Source of the DNA: a virus
Taxonomy: Duplodnaviria; Heunggongvirae; Uroviricota; Caudoviricetes
Strand: one strand, 5' to 3'
Length of the DNA: 33,013 nt
Virus record (IMG/VR): IMGVR_UViG_3300014846_000073
Under the pieces are notes generated by a model. That model was not told where the DNA came from, made no database searches, and saw nothing but the letters and a program-made list of their open reading frames with translations. Numbering within the stretch: the stretch's first letter is position 1; every line of letters begins with the position of its first letter. Positions 18,422 through 26,981 of this stretch are shown here, piece by piece. The position numbers and the translations under genes are program-made.

Positions 18422-18765
18422 CAGCGCGTTATCTCGGAATGAATCGCAGTGATGGCCTGACTGTCACTGACCTTGAGCATATCAGCCAGAGTATCGGCGA
18501 TATCCTGCGCACACCGGTCGGCTCACGGGTGATGCGTCGTGATTACGGCTCGTTGCTGGCGTCAATGATTGACCAGCCGCAGACCCCGGCGCTTGAGTTG
18601 CAGATTAAAGTCGCCTGTTACATGGCAGTGCTGAAATGGGAACCCCGCGTCACCCTGTCATCCGTCACCACGGCGCGCAGTTTTGACGGGCGAATGACGG
18701 TCACGTTAACCGGCCTGCACAACGACACCGGCCAGCCACTTTCGTTAACCATCCCTGTGAGTTGA
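18418..18765 (+). CDS. W: baseplate wedge protein W
   Basis: 115 aa; start overlaps the V stop. Confidence 0.88.
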   Translation: MTARYLGMNRSDGLTVTDLEHISQSIGDILRTPVGSRVMRRDYGSLLASMIDQPQTPALELQIKVACYMAVLKWEPRVTLSSVTTARSFDGRMTVTLTGLHNDTGQPLSLTIPVS

Positions 18766-18769
18766 AACC

Positions 18770-19678
18770 ATGCCGATTATCGACCTGAACCAGCTACCCG
18801 CACCGGATGTGGTCGAGGAGCTGGACTTTGAAACCATTCTTGCTGAACGCAAGGCGACACTGATTTCCCTTTACCCGGAAGACCAGCAGGAGGCGGTCGC
18901 CCGTGCCCTGATGCTGGAATCCGAGCCTCTCGTCAAACTGCTGGAGGAAAATGCTTATCGTGAGCTTATCTGGCGTCAGCGTGTGAATGAGGCCGCACGG
19001 GCGGTAATGCTGGCCTGTGCCGCCGGTAATGACCTTGATGTGATTGGTGCCAATTACAACACCACGCGCCTGACTATCACCCCGGCAGATGATTCGACCA
19101 TTCCGCCGACACCGGCAGTGATGGAATCTGACACCGATTATCGTCTGCGTATTCAGCAGGCGTTTGAAGGTTTAAGCGTCGCCGGGTCGGTGGGGGCTTA
19201 TCAGTATCATGGTCGCAGTGCCGACGGGCGTGTCGCGGATATTTCTGTCACCAGTCCGTCTCCTGCCTGTGTCACCATCTCTGTGCTGTCACGTGAAAAT
19301 AACGGCGTCGCATCCGAAGACCTGCTGGCTGTGGTGCGTAACGCCCTTAATGGCGAGGACGTCAGGCCGGTGGCCGACCGCGTGACCGTGCAGTCTGCCG
19401 CCATCGTTGAATACCAGATAAACGCCACGCTTTACCTTTACCCTGGTCCCGAAAGCGAACCCATCCGCGCTGCCGCTGTGAAAAAGCTGGAAGCGTATAT
19501 CACGGCACAGCATCGGCTGGGGCGCGACATCCGTCTGTCTGCCATTTATGCCGCTTTGCATGTGGAAGGCGTGCAGCGTGTCGAACTGGCTGCACCACTG
19601 GCTGACATCGTGCTCAACAGTACGCAGGCGTCTTTCTGTACCGAATACCGCGTCGTGACCGGAGGCTCGGATGAGTGA
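18770..19678 (+). CDS. J: baseplate assembly protein J
   Basis: 302 aa; P2 gpJ position and size. Confidence 0.88.
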   Translation: MPIIDLNQLPAPDVVEELDFETILAERKATLISLYPEDQQEAVARALMLESEPLVKLLEENAYRELIWRQRVNEAARAVMLACAAGNDLDVIGANYNTTRLTITPADDSTIPPTPAVMESDTDYRLRIQQAFEGLSVAGSVGAYQYHGRSADGRVADISVTSPSPACVTISVLSRENNGVASEDLLAVVRNALNGEDVRPVADRVTVQSAAIVEYQINATLYLYPGPESEPIRAAAVKKLEAYITAQHRLGRDIRLSAIYAALHVEGVQRVELAAPLADIVLNSTQASFCTEYRVVTGGSDE

Positions 19679-20201
19679 TTCGCGCCTGCTGCCGACCGGC
19701 TCATCACCGCTTGAAGTTGCCGCCGCAAAAGCCTGTGCGGAAATTGAAAAAACGCCGGTCAGGATTCGTGAGCTGTGGAACCCGGACACCTGCCCGGCAA
19801 ATCTGCTGCCGTGGCTGGCGTGGGCGTTTTCGGTCGACAGGTGGGATGAAAAGTGGCCGGAAGCGACAAAACGCGCCGTTATCCGCGATGCCTATTTCAT
19901 CCACTGTCATAAAGGCACTATCGGCGCAATCCGGCGTGTGGTGGAGCCGCTCGGCTATCTCATCAACGTGACGGAGTGGTGGGAAAACAGTGACCCGCCC
20001 GGCACCTTCCGCCTTGATATTGGTGTACTGGAAAGCGGTATCACAGAGGCAATGTATCAGGAAATGGAACGGCTGATTGCTGATGCCAAACCTGCAAGCC
20101 GTCACCTTATTGGTCTGAACATTACCCGGGACATTCCCGGCTACCTGTTCGCCGGTGGTGTGGCTTATGACGGCGATGTAATTACGGTTTACCCCGGATA
20201 A
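19671..20201 (+). CDS. I: baseplate/tail protein I
   Basis: 176 aa; P2 gpI position and size. Confidence 0.88.
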   Translation: MSDSRLLPTGSSPLEVAAAKACAEIEKTPVRIRELWNPDTCPANLLPWLAWAFSVDRWDEKWPEATKRAVIRDAYFIHCHKGTIGAIRRVVEPLGYLINVTEWWENSDPPGTFRLDIGVLESGITEAMYQEMERLIADAKPASRHLIGLNITRDIPGYLFAGGVAYDGDVITVYPG

Positions 20202-20211
20202 GTGAGGAATA

Positions 20212-20976
20212 ATGAGCACAAAATTCAGAACCGTTATCACCACTGCTGGTGCAGCAAAGCTGGCAGCGGCAACCGCGCCGGGAGGGCGGAAGGTCAACAT
20301 TACCACGATGGCCGTCGGGGATGGCGGTGGTAAATTGCCTGTCCCGGATGCCGGACAGACCGGGCTTATCCACGAAGTCTGGCGACATGCGCTGAACAAA
20401 ATCAGCCAGGACAAACGAAACAGTAATTATATTATCGCAGAGCTGGTTATTCCGCCGGAGGTGGGCGGTTTCTGGATGCGTGAGCTTGGCCTGTACGATG
20501 ATGCTGGAACGTTAATTGCCGTGGCGAACATGGCTGAAAGTTATAAGCCAGCTCTTGCCGAAGGCTCAGGGCGTTCGCAGACCTGCCGCATGGTCATCAT
20601 CGTCAGCAGTGTGGCCTCAGTGGCGCTGACCATTGACACCACAACGGTGATGGCAACGCAGGATTACGTTGATGACAAAATTGCAGAACATGAACAGTCA
20701 CGACGTCACCCGGACGCCTCGCTGACCGCCAAAGGTTTTACTCAGTTAAGCAGTGCGACCAACAGCACGTCTGAAACGCTCGCCGCAACACCAAAAGCGG
20801 TAAAAGCAGCATATGAACTTGCTAACGGGAAATACACTGCACAGGACGCCACCACCGCGCGAAAAGGCCTTGTCCAGCTCAGTAGCGCCACCAACAGCGA
20901 TTCTGAAACGCTTGCGGCAACGCCAAAAGCGGTGAAGACAGCGTATGGCGCGAAAAGGTCTTGTCCAGCTCAGTAG
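20212..20976 (+). CDS. H: tail fibre protein H, N-terminal part (frame terminates prematurely after a repeat-associated frameshift)
   Basis: 254-aa ORF carrying the conserved N-terminal baseplate-attachment region and the first TLAATPKAVK fibre repeats; ends 30 nt into an out-of-frame stretch. Confidence 0.7.
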   Translation: MSTKFRTVITTAGAAKLAAATAPGGRKVNITTMAVGDGGGKLPVPDAGQTGLIHEVWRHALNKISQDKRNSNYIIAELVIPPEVGGFWMRELGLYDDAGTLIAVANMAESYKPALAEGSGRSQTCRMVIIVSSVASVALTIDTTTVMATQDYVDDKIAEHEQSRRHPDASLTAKGFTQLSSATNSTSETLAATPKAVKAAYELANGKYTAQDATTARKGLVQLSSATNSDSETLAATPKAVKTAYGAKRSCPAQ

Positions 20977-21040
20977 CGCCACCAACAGTGATTCTGAAAC
21001 GCTGGCTGCAACACCAAAAGCGGTGAAGTCTGCCTATGAC
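20737..21040 (+). repeat. three imperfect tandem copies of a tail-fibre repeat (peptide ...LSSATNS.SETLAATPKAVK.AY); copies 2 and 3 are 91 bp apart
   Basis: Copy 2 begins at 20857 and copy 3 at 20948; the 91-bp spacing is not a multiple of three; several nucleotide differences between copies. Confidence 0.75.
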
Positions 21041-22261
21041 AATGCTGAAAAACGTCTTCAGAAAGATCAGAACGGTGCGGATATTCCTGATAAAGGACGC
21101 TTCCTGAGTAACATTAATGTTTACAGCAAAGGTGAAGTGGATAAGAAAAAGGGAATGCGAAAGTATTCGTTTGCAGCCCCTGCAAATGTCGTTGCCGGGA
21201 AGTGGTATCCCGTTATCTTTCGCCGTGCTGCCAGCCTTTCAGGAGAAATGGCATCCCGCGTCGTTATTTCAACTGGTTGTTATAACGGCGATTATGTAAT
21301 GAATAACTGCGAGTTTAATGGCATGGTTATGCCCGGAGGCTGGACCGATCGTGGTTCATATGCGGCAGGTTATTTCTGGACGTATCAGACTAATGAGCGT
21401 TCAATCCATTCCATTGTTACAAGCCTGAAAGATGATGATGTATGTAGTGTTTTTTATGTTGAAGCCAGAGCTTTCCCAGTACAAATTCTTGCAGAGGAAG
21501 GGCTAACGGTTATTGTTCCGACAGAGGATTATGTCGTCGGTCAGACGACATATAAGTGGGGGGCAACTAATCCCGCTACAGAAAGCACGAACGTACAGGC
21601 TATTCTGGATTTTAAAAATGGACGTGGTTATTACTGTTCACATCCATTTATTTCCAGCCTTTCAGGAAATGCTGCAACAGCCTCAAAACTCGAAACACCG
21701 AGGAAAATAGCAGGTGTTGCCTTTGATGGTTCTGGAGATATTACCCTTAATGCCAGAAATGTCGGTGCATTTGCACTTCGGCAGACAGGTAATACGGTTA
21801 ATGGTGATACAGCCGTTGGATGGAATTGGGACAGTGGCGCATACAACGCTCTGATTGGGGGAGCATCTGCATTAATTCTTCACTTTAATATAAATGCTGG
21901 TAGCTGCCCGGCTGTACAGTTTCGTGTGAATTATAAAAATGGCGGTATATCTTACAGGTCAGCCCGTGATGGTTATGGTTTTGAATCTGGCTGGTCTGAT
22001 TTCTATACCACAACACGAAAACCATCAGCGGGAGATGTTGGTGCATACACCAAAGCTGAATCAGATTCTCGCTATGTCCGGGATATTCGCCTGGGCACTC
22101 GTGTTGTTCAGACCATGCAGAAAGGGGTTATGTATGAGAAAGCAGGGCACGTAATTACAGGGCTTGGTATTGTCGGTGAAGTCGATGGTGATGACCCCGC
22201 AGTATTCAGACCGATACAAAAATACATCAATGGCACATGGTATAACGTCGCACAGGTGTAA
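20945..22261 (+). CDS. H: tail fibre protein H, C-terminal part (receptor-binding region), in the +1 frame relative to the N-terminal part
   Basis: 438-aa ORF beginning MARKGLVQLSSATNSDSETLAATPKAVK, i.e. restarting inside the repeat; the distal part is markedly lower in GC. Confidence 0.7.
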   Translation: MARKGLVQLSSATNSDSETLAATPKAVKSAYDNAEKRLQKDQNGADIPDKGRFLSNINVYSKGEVDKKKGMRKYSFAAPANVVAGKWYPVIFRRAASLSGEMASRVVISTGCYNGDYVMNNCEFNGMVMPGGWTDRGSYAAGYFWTYQTNERSIHSIVTSLKDDDVCSVFYVEARAFPVQILAEEGLTVIVPTEDYVVGQTTYKWGATNPATESTNVQAILDFKNGRGYYCSHPFISSLSGNAATASKLETPRKIAGVAFDGSGDITLNARNVGAFALRQTGNTVNGDTAVGWNWDSGAYNALIGGASALILHFNINAGSCPAVQFRVNYKNGGISYRSARDGYGFESGWSDFYTTTRKPSAGDVGAYTKAESDSRYVRDIRLGTRVVQTMQKGVMYEKAGHVITGLGIVGEVDGDDPAVFRPIQKYINGTWYNVAQV

Positions 22262-22264
22262 TTT

Positions 22265-22792
22265 ATGCAGCATTTAAAAAATATTACTGCGGGTAATCCC
22301 AAAACTGTTGCTCAATATCAACTGACAAAAAATTTTGATGTTATCTGGTTATGGTCCGAAGACGGAAAAAACTGGTATGAGGAAGTAAGTAATTTTCAGG
22401 AAGACACGATAAAGATTGTTTACGACGAGAATAATATAATTGTCGGCATCACCCGAGATGCTTCAACGCTTAACCCTGAAGGTTTTAGCGTTGTTGAGGT
22501 TCCTGATATTACTGCCAACCGACGTGCTGATGACTCAGGTAAATGGATGTTTAAGGATGGTGCCGTGATTAAGCGGATTTATACGGCAGACGAACAGCAG
22601 CAACTGGCAGAATCACAAAAGGCAACTTTGCTTTCCGAAGCCGAATCCGTGATTTTGCCGCTGGAACGCGCTGTCAGGCTGAATATGGCGACGGATGAGG
22701 AACGCAGCCGACTGGAAGCATGGGAACGCTACAGCGTTCTGGTCAGTCGTGTGGATCCTGCAAATCCCGAATGGCCGGAAATACCGCAATAA
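22265..22792 (+). CDS. G: tail fibre assembly protein
   Basis: 175 aa immediately downstream of H; size and position match P2 gpG. Confidence 0.85.
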   Translation: MQHLKNITAGNPKTVAQYQLTKNFDVIWLWSEDGKNWYEEVSNFQEDTIKIVYDENNIIVGITRDASTLNPEGFSVVEVPDITANRRADDSGKWMFKDGAVIKRIYTADEQQQLAESQKATLLSEAESVILPLERAVRLNMATDEERSRLEAWERYSVLVSRVDPANPEWPEIPQ

Positions 22793-23223
22793 GTTGTATG
22801 ATCTCTGGTGTGAGCTTACATATCTATAGCACAGAGTAAAGCCTAATCTGACAGTCCGCTATGTGCCAAAAGCGGACATAACGACACGTTAGTTAGAAAT
22901 CTCAAGACCAATTAGGTTGGATACTTACATGTATACTATTGCCTAACGATACTACCCTATCAACCTCATGGTTTATAGGCGGGGGTGAGAGCCAATCGAA
23001 CGCTATCGTACGTTTTTATGCTGTCTACCCTAGACCCCAAGTAGACATGAATCTTACCTGATTTCCATACGAGGGCGACGTTGATCATCCAGCTTTAGTG
23101 CGAGCACTGAACTTAACATTTACCAGCAATAGTGATATTTTCTACAAAGAAAAATATATGGAATAACGTCATCGCGGGTACAAAAATGACTATAAAAAAA
23201 CATATGTAACACCAACAGAAATA

Positions 23224-24177
23224 GTGAAATATTTTTATGACAAACCGGAAAACGATAACGTAAAAGAGAGAAAAACAATTGAGAGCCTGACCCGTCTCAA
23301 ACCTGAGTGGGAAAATACTCTCGATATGATGAAGTTAATACGCAATTGTGAAAAGCTAGCAACTGAAGGTATTTTAATGGAATTATCTTCAGGACATACT
23401 CTTTTGGACCGTTGCTATTTCGCACCGAATTTCAATGAATCAGATGCGAAATATGGAAAGTATGATTTTATAGCTGATGGATTTGAGTCAATCATAGACC
23501 GCCTTAGTCCTTCCGTTTTACCTGTTGTTGTTGAAAAAAGTGATGGTTCACATGATCTTGGTACTAGTTTTATTGTTGGGAATAACCACACGATATTTAC
23601 AGCCAGACATGTTATTGAAGACATGAAGAGTATCAGGATACTTAGAGCTGGTGGTGAGGCTTTACCAATACATAAAATCTTTGTATCTAACGATGAACGT
23701 ATTGATATCGCTTTAGTTTTCACAACCATTCCGAATGAAGATAATATTCAACCACTTAAGGTCTCAACCAAAGCCTCGGTACTGGATGAAATTTTATCAA
23801 TAGGATTTCCACCCATTCCAGGATTTGATGCATTAAAGTTATATGACGTTTCGCATATAAATTCGTTTGTCCGACTGTCAAAGGGGCGAATTGTTGGTTC
23901 TGGTCACTCTTACTTAGATTCACAAGACTTTTTATTATTCAATGCTAGGGTTAAGGGGGGGAATAGCGGTGGCCCTATAATTAACAAATACGGCTTTGTT
24001 ATTGGTATGCTTGTACAAATACCAATATCATCTGAGGACAGTTCAAAGATTGATAACCTTGGATATGGTATAGCTGTAACAGGAAAAAGCCTGCTGGATG
24101 CTATTACATTTACAGAAAATGGCCGCGAATTAACACTCACCGACCGAGGAAATGGAGAATATTCAACTCTAGCATAA
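23224..24177 (+). CDS. accessory protein with C-terminal trypsin-like (S1 family) serine-protease domain and an N-terminal domain of about 110 aa with no recognisable motif
   Basis: Catalytic-triad context in correct order: FTARHVIED (His), ERIDIALVF (Asp), KGGNSGGPI (Ser, GDSGGP-like). Start is uncertain: the frame opens at GTG 23224 with a weak ribosome-binding site, and the first in-frame ATG is at 23326. Confidence 0.7.
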   Translation: MKYFYDKPENDNVKERKTIESLTRLKPEWENTLDMMKLIRNCEKLATEGILMELSSGHTLLDRCYFAPNFNESDAKYGKYDFIADGFESIIDRLSPSVLPVVVEKSDGSHDLGTSFIVGNNHTIFTARHVIEDMKSIRILRAGGEALPIHKIFVSNDERIDIALVFTTIPNEDNIQPLKVSTKASVLDEILSIGFPPIPGFDALKLYDVSHINSFVRLSKGRIVGSGHSYLDSQDFLLFNARVKGGNSGGPIINKYGFVIGMLVQIPISSEDSSKIDNLGYGIAVTGKSLLDAITFTENGRELTLTDRGNGEYSTLA

Positions 24178-24384
24178 ATGATATTATTAATTAAGTTGTA
24201 CTAACTCAGTTTAAATGAATCAAGCATCCCCGTAACTTTGCCTGAAAAGGCTCATCGAGGGATGCACATTGTACGGATGTGTGAAAACTAAATCGGCTTT
24301 GTCACTTGGATTCGAGGGGAAAACTGAACTGAAAGCGATAAAAACGTCTAAAAAATCGTTTCGCAGACAGATGCACCCGATTCA

Positions 24385-24416
24385 AGCCATTTTGAGGATG
24401 GCTTTCTGCCTTTTAT
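24385..24416 (+). terminator. rho-independent terminator about 200 nt downstream of the protease gene
   Basis: AGCCAT / ATGGCT stem with 7-nt loop, followed by a T-rich tract (TTCTGCCTTTTAT). Confidence 0.4.
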
Positions 24417-24775
24417 ATTTATATTAATCATAAGGTTATTCCATTGGTGTACGATATCGTGCTTTGCCCCTCATCTCCCAGATAACTAATTAGCCTTAAA
24501 ATTACTCATGTGTTTCTGCCGGTTAAAATTATATGGTTTTCATTTACAATAGTCTCAAGTCCGCTCTTCGCTCAAAGCAGACTGTCAGATTTGATAGCGT
24601 TTTGGCTATGTAAATTGTCAGTCGGGAAATAAGTGAGTACAAATCATGACAGGCGGGCGGATTGTCCGCCTTTTCTTTATCTGTTGTTTCATCCACTGAC
24701 CAGCCAGGTCAAATAGCGTCTCATGCTCTGCACAACAGAAAATACCACTCACCCATTAACCACGGAGTTAGACGG

Positions 24776-25966
24776 ATGAGTGACTATCATCACGGCGTGC
24801 AGGTGCTGGAGATTAACGACGGCACCCGCGTCATTTCCACCGTATCCACGGCCATTGTCGGCATGGTCTGCACGGCCAGCGATGCGGATGCGGAAACCTT
24901 CCCCCTCAATAAACCGGTGCTGATTACCAACGTGCAGAGCGCAATTGCAAAGGCCGGTAAAAAAGGCACGCTGGCGGCGTCGTTGCAGGCCATCGCTGAC
25001 CAGTCAAAACCGGTCACCGTTGTCGTGCGCGTGGAAGACGGCAACGGCGATGACGAAGAAACGAAACTTGCGCAGACCGTTTCCAATATCATCGGCACCA
25101 CCGACGAAAACGGTCAGTACACCGGACTGAAAGCCCTGCTGGCGGCGGAGTCGGTAACCGGTGTTAAACCGCGTATTCTCGGTGTGCCGGGACTGGACAC
25201 CAAAGAGGTTGCCGTCGCACTGGCATCAGTCTGTCAGAAGCTGCGCGCTTTCGGGTATATCAGCGCATGGGGCTGTAAGACCATTTCCGAGGTGAAAGCC
25301 TACCGCCAGAATTTCAGCCAGCGTGAGCTGATGGTCATCTGGCCGGATTTCCTCGCATGGGATACGGTCGCCAGTACCACCGCTACCGCGTATGCCACCG
25401 CCCGTGCGCTGGGTCTGCGCGCTAAAATCGACCAGGAGCAGGGCTGGCATAAAACGCTGTCCAACGTCGGGGTGAACGGTGTTACCGGCATCAGCGCGTC
25501 CGTATTCTGGGATTTGCAGGAGTCCGGCACCGATGCTGACCTGCTTAACGAGTCAGGCGTCACAACGCTGATTCGCCGTGACGGTTTCCGCTTCTGGGGT
25601 AACCGTACCTGCTCTGATGACCCGCTGTTCCTCTTTGAAAACTACACCCGCACCGCGCAGGTGCTGGCCGACACGATGGCTGAGGCGCACATGTGGGCGG
25701 TGGACAAGCCCATCACCGCAACGCTGATTCGCGACATCGTTGACGGCATCAATGCCAAATTCCGTGAGCTGAAAACAAACGGCTATATCGTGGATGCGAC
25801 CTGCTGGTTCAGCGAAGAATCCAACGATGCGGAAACCCTCAAGGCCGGAAAACTGTATATCGACTACGACTATACACCGGTGCCTCCTCTTGAAAACCTG
25901 ACCCTGCGCCAGCGTATTACCGATAAATACCTGGCAAATCTGGTCACCTCGGTTAACAGCAATTAA
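24776..25966 (+). CDS. FI: tail sheath protein
   Basis: 396 aa from ATG 24776 (MSDYHHGVQVLEINDGTRVI...) with GGAG ribosome-binding site; the ORF-track start at 24662 is an upstream extension. Confidence 0.9.
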   Translation: MSDYHHGVQVLEINDGTRVISTVSTAIVGMVCTASDADAETFPLNKPVLITNVQSAIAKAGKKGTLAASLQAIADQSKPVTVVVRVEDGNGDDEETKLAQTVSNIIGTTDENGQYTGLKALLAAESVTGVKPRILGVPGLDTKEVAVALASVCQKLRAFGYISAWGCKTISEVKAYRQNFSQRELMVIWPDFLAWDTVASTTATAYATARALGLRAKIDQEQGWHKTLSNVGVNGVTGISASVFWDLQESGTDADLLNESGVTTLIRRDGFRFWGNRTCSDDPLFLFENYTRTAQVLADTMAEAHMWAVDKPITATLIRDIVDGINAKFRELKTNGYIVDATCWFSEESNDAETLKAGKLYIDYDYTPVPPLENLTLRQRITDKYLANLVTSVNSN

Positions 25967-25978
25967 GGAGCCTGACCG

Positions 25979-26497
25979 ATGGCAATGCCGCGCAAACTCA
26001 AGTTAATGAACGTCTTTCTGAACGGCTACAGCTATCAGGGCGTCGCGAAGTCCGTCACGCTGCCAAAACTGACCCGTAAGCTCGAAAACTATCGCGGTGC
26101 GGGGATGAACGGCAGCGCACCGGTAGACCTCGGCCTTGATGACGATGCGCTGTCAATGGAGTGGTCGCTCGGTGGCTTCCCGGATTCGGTTATCTGGGAG
26201 CTTTACGCCGCAACCGGTGTGGATGCCGTGCCGATTCGTTTTGCAGGCTCTTACCAGCGCGACGATACCGGCGAAACGGTGGCCGTCGAAGTGGTCATGC
26301 GTGGACGTCAGAAAGAAATCGACACCGGCGAGGGTAAACAGGGAGAAGACACTGAGTCGAAAATCTCCGTGGTCTGCACCTATTTCCGGCTGACGATGGA
26401 CGGTAAGGAGCTGGTCGAAATTGACACCATCAACATGATTGAGAAGGTGAACGGCGTCGACCGGCTGGGGCAACACCGCCGCAATATCGGCCTGTGA
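25979..26497 (+). CDS. FII: tail tube protein
   Basis: 172 aa; P2 gpFII size and position. Confidence 0.9.
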   Translation: MAMPRKLKLMNVFLNGYSYQGVAKSVTLPKLTRKLENYRGAGMNGSAPVDLGLDDDALSMEWSLGGFPDSVIWELYAATGVDAVPIRFAGSYQRDDTGETVAVEVVMRGRQKEIDTGEGKQGEDTESKISVVCTYFRLTMDGKELVEIDTINMIEKVNGVDRLGQHRRNIGL

Positions 26498-26553
26498 TTT
26501 TCATCCGGTCAGCCAGGCTGACCGGTTAACCCTGATTCAGAAGTGAGAAAACC

Positions 26554-26829
26554 ATGAACAAAGAAAATGTCATTACCCTGGACAATCCGGTCAAACGTGG
26601 TGAGCAGGTTATCGAACAGGTCACGCTGATGAAACCCAGTGCCGGGACGCTGCGCGGTGTCAGTCTGGCTGCGGTCGCGAACTCCGAAGTCGATGCACTG
26701 ATTAAGGTGCTGCCGCGCATGACGGCACCGATGCTGACCGAGCAGGAAGTCGCCGCACTGGAACTGCCTGACCTTGTGGCGCTGGCCGGTAAGGTGGTCG
26801 GTTTTTTGTCGCCGAACTCGGTGCAGTGA
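26554..26829 (+). CDS. E: tail assembly chaperone E
   Basis: 91 aa, MNKENVITLDNPVKRGEQVIEQV...; matches P2 gpE. Confidence 0.88.
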   Translation: MNKENVITLDNPVKRGEQVIEQVTLMKPSAGTLRGVSLAAVANSEVDALIKVLPRMTAPMLTEQEVAALELPDLVALAGKVVGFLSPNSVQ

Positions 26830-26981
26830 CGTTCCCGAAAAATCTCTCGGTCGATGACCTGATGGCGGATGTGGCAGTGATATTTCACTGGCCGCCATCA
26901 GAACTGTATCCCATGAGCCTGACCGAACTCATCACATGGCGCGAAAAGGCGCTCCGGCGAAGCGGAAACACGAATGAGTAA
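26554..26981 (+). CDS. E': E+E' fusion made by programmed -1 ribosomal frameshift at the GGTTTTTTG slippery run (about 26800..26808)
   Basis: Translating the -1 frame from the T-run gives FFVAELGAVTFPKNLSVDDLMADVAVIFHWPPSELYPMSLTELITWREKALRRSGNTNE, ending at TAA 26979..26981 and overlapping the T start, as in P2. Confidence 0.7.

Noticed and set aside
20737-21040. The tandem repeats in H as a possible CRISPR array or a site-specific inversion (shufflon-like) system
   Set aside because: The repeats are coding, imperfect and code for a known fibre peptide motif; there are no spacer-like unique segments of regular size and no invertase or recombinase gene nearby
23415-24140. Minus-strand ORFs 23415..23729 and 23910..24140 inside the protease gene
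   Set aside because: Fully contained antisense to an ORF with a coherent protease catalytic triad; no independent support
22793-24775. Retron or reverse-transcriptase-associated ncRNA in the protease island
   Set aside because: No ORF with reverse-transcriptase motifs anywhere in the window and no obvious long flanking inverted repeats; the non-coding flanks are reported separately as unexplained rather than as a retron
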